Source: Escherichia phage phiE142. Taken from it: a stretch of DNA of 64,000 bases. This document shows, one piece after another, positions 62,463-64,000 of the stretch. Position 1 is the stretch's first letter. Each line of letters opens with the position of its first letter. Position numbers and translations under genes: made by a program. The stretch lies in sequence record NC_055709.1. One strand, written 5' to 3'. Below the pieces are notes generated by a model. That model had not been told where the DNA came from. It saw only the letters and a program-made list of their open reading frames with translations, and ran no database searches.

Positions 62463-63988
62463 GTAACAATACATATCAACACGTTTCGAATGAATCGGTA
62501 TATGTTGAATTTGACCCGGTAGGGTCAAATTTTGATAGTTCAATAACCAATGTCCAGGCAGCCTTAGCCTCAATTAGCGCATATGGTGTTAAAGGTGTTC
62601 CGGACGCAAGCGAAGCAGAAAAAGGTGTAATTCAATTAGCGACAGAACAAGAAGTTCTTGATGGATTTAATAGTACTAAAGCCGTTACACCAGCCACATT
62701 AAATGCAAGACTTCAGTATCCGAACGCGTCAGAAACACAATACGGTGTAACTAAATATGCAACACAAGAGGAAGCCATTGCCGGCACTTTAGACACTGTT
62801 TCTATTACTCCACTTAAATTAAACCAAACTATTGATAACACGTTCTCTACTCGTTATTCCACCGAAACAACTAACGGTGTTATTAAAATTGCAACTCAAA
62901 CCGCTGCACTTGCCGGGTCTGATGATACCACGGCAATGACACCGCTTAAAACTCAGCAATTAGCAATAAAATTAATTTCTCAAATAGCTCCTAATAACGA
63001 CCCGGCTTCAGAATCTATTACTGGTGTTGTGCGTTTAGCTACGGTGGCTCAAACACGTCAAGGAACTCTTCGCGAAGGATATGCAATTTCCCCATATACC
63101 TTTATGAATTCTGTTGCAACACAAGAATATAAAGGTGTTATACGTCTAGGAACACAAACGGAAATTAATAGTAATTTAGGAGATGTTGCTGTAACAGGTG
63201 AAACGCTAAATGGTAGAGGAGCTACCGGTTCTATGCGTGGAGTCGTAAAATTAACGACGCAGGCCGGTGTTGCACCCGAAGGCGATAGTTCTGGAGCATT
63301 AGCATGGAACGCAGATGTAATTAATACACGCGGTGGGCAAACTATTAATGGTTCTTTAAATTTAGACCATCTCACGGCAAATGGAATTTGGTCACGTGGT
63401 GGAATGTGGAAAAACGGTGACCAGCCGGTTGCAACAGAGCGATATGCATCTGAACGTGTTCCTGTTGGAACAATTCAAATGTTCGCAGGTGATAGCGCTC
63501 CTCCAGGTTGGGTTTTATGTCATGGCGGGACCGTTTCTGGGAACCAATTTCCAGACTATCGAAATGTGGTTGGAACGAGATTTGGCGGTGATTGGAATAA
63601 TCCTGGAATTCCAGACATGCGCGGTCTTTTTGTTAGAGGAGCTGGTACAGGCAGCCATATTTTAAATAATCGCGGTCAAGATGGCTATGGAAAGGATAGA
63701 TTAGGTGTAGGATGTGACGGTATGCATGTTGGTGGTGTCCAAGCACAGCAAATGTCATATCATAAACACGCTGGTGGATGGGGCGAATATCAACGTCATG
63801 AGGCACCATTCGGAGCATCCGTATATCAAGGTTATTTGGGTACTAGAAAATACGCTGATTGGGATAACGCATCATATTTCACAAATGACGGCTTCGAATT
63901 AGGTGGTCACCGCGACGCAACAGGCACTCTTAACCGTGAAGGACTTATCGGATATGAGACTCGTCCATGGAATAAAGTCCATTACTAA
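62459..63988 (+). CDS. 12: gp12, second copy (7 codons shorter at C-terminus)
   Basis: 509 aa; identical to copy 1 except it lacks 21 nt (ISLNYII); sequence after the stop differs from copy 1. Confidence 0.6.
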   Translation: MSNNTYQHVSNESVYVEFDPVGSNFDSSITNVQAALASISAYGVKGVPDASEAEKGVIQLATEQEVLDGFNSTKAVTPATLNARLQYPNASETQYGVTKYATQEEAIAGTLDTVSITPLKLNQTIDNTFSTRYSTETTNGVIKIATQTAALAGSDDTTAMTPLKTQQLAIKLISQIAPNNDPASESITGVVRLATVAQTRQGTLREGYAISPYTFMNSVATQEYKGVIRLGTQTEINSNLGDVAVTGETLNGRGATGSMRGVVKLTTQAGVAPEGDSSGALAWNADVINTRGGQTINGSLNLDHLTANGIWSRGGMWKNGDQPVATERYASERVPVGTIQMFAGDSAPPGWVLCHGGTVSGNQFPDYRNVVGTRFGGDWNNPGIPDMRGLFVRGAGTGSHILNNRGQDGYGKDRLGVGCDGMHVGGVQAQQMSYHKHAGGWGEYQRHEAPFGASVYQGYLGTRKYADWDNASYFTNDGFELGGHRDATGTLNREGLIGYETRPWNKVHY

Positions 63989-64000
63989 TGTTCTCCTGAA

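Larger units (their letters stand above)
52893..63974 (+). repeat. direct repeat copy 2
   Basis: as above; begins inside the N-run and ends 21 nt before where copy 1 would end. Confidence 0.85.

Noticed and set aside
39378-63988. Long direct repeat as a possible CRISPR array or transposon terminal repeat
   Set aside because: Repeat units are 11 kb of structural genes with no short repeat-spacer periodicity and no transposase or integrase; it is a segmental duplication or assembly artefact.

Overview
This window is a T4-like (Straboviridae/Tequatrovirus-like) myophage segment; proteins are recognisably T4 homologs but diverged (lysozyme roughly 75% identical to T4 from memory). Positions 1-36292 are early/middle genes on the minus strand, in T4 order: nrdG, nrdD (intron-less), 49 (endo VII), nrdC plus 11 'nrdC.x'-position ORFs, rI, tk, a macro-domain ORF, a secreted SLT transglycosylase, regB, a GrcA-like glycyl-radical cofactor, capsid-targeted internal proteins, denV, e (lysozyme), nudE, an accessory block of about 15 ORFs, a small tRNA cluster, 57B (Acb1-like 2H phosphoesterase), 57A, 1, 3, 2, 4. 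From 36354 the plus strand carries baseplate/tail-fiber genes 53, 5, 5.1, 5.4, 6, 7, 8, 9, 10, 11, 12, wac, 13. The most striking structural feature is that the segment 39378-50459 (end of 5.4 through gene 12) recurs at 52893-63974 behind a 48-nt N-masked junction inside gene 13; this is most likely an assembly or scaffolding artefact but cannot be resolved from sequence alone. No CRISPR array, integrase or transposase is visible. The best candidates for uncharacterised biology are in the accessory ORFs: a tandem triplet of small paralogs with a shared C-terminal tail, a Pol-beta-type nucleotidyltransferase, a macro domain, P-loop ATPases, and seven capsid-targeting-sequence proteins. All homology calls are from reading the translations and recalled family motifs; no database search was run.
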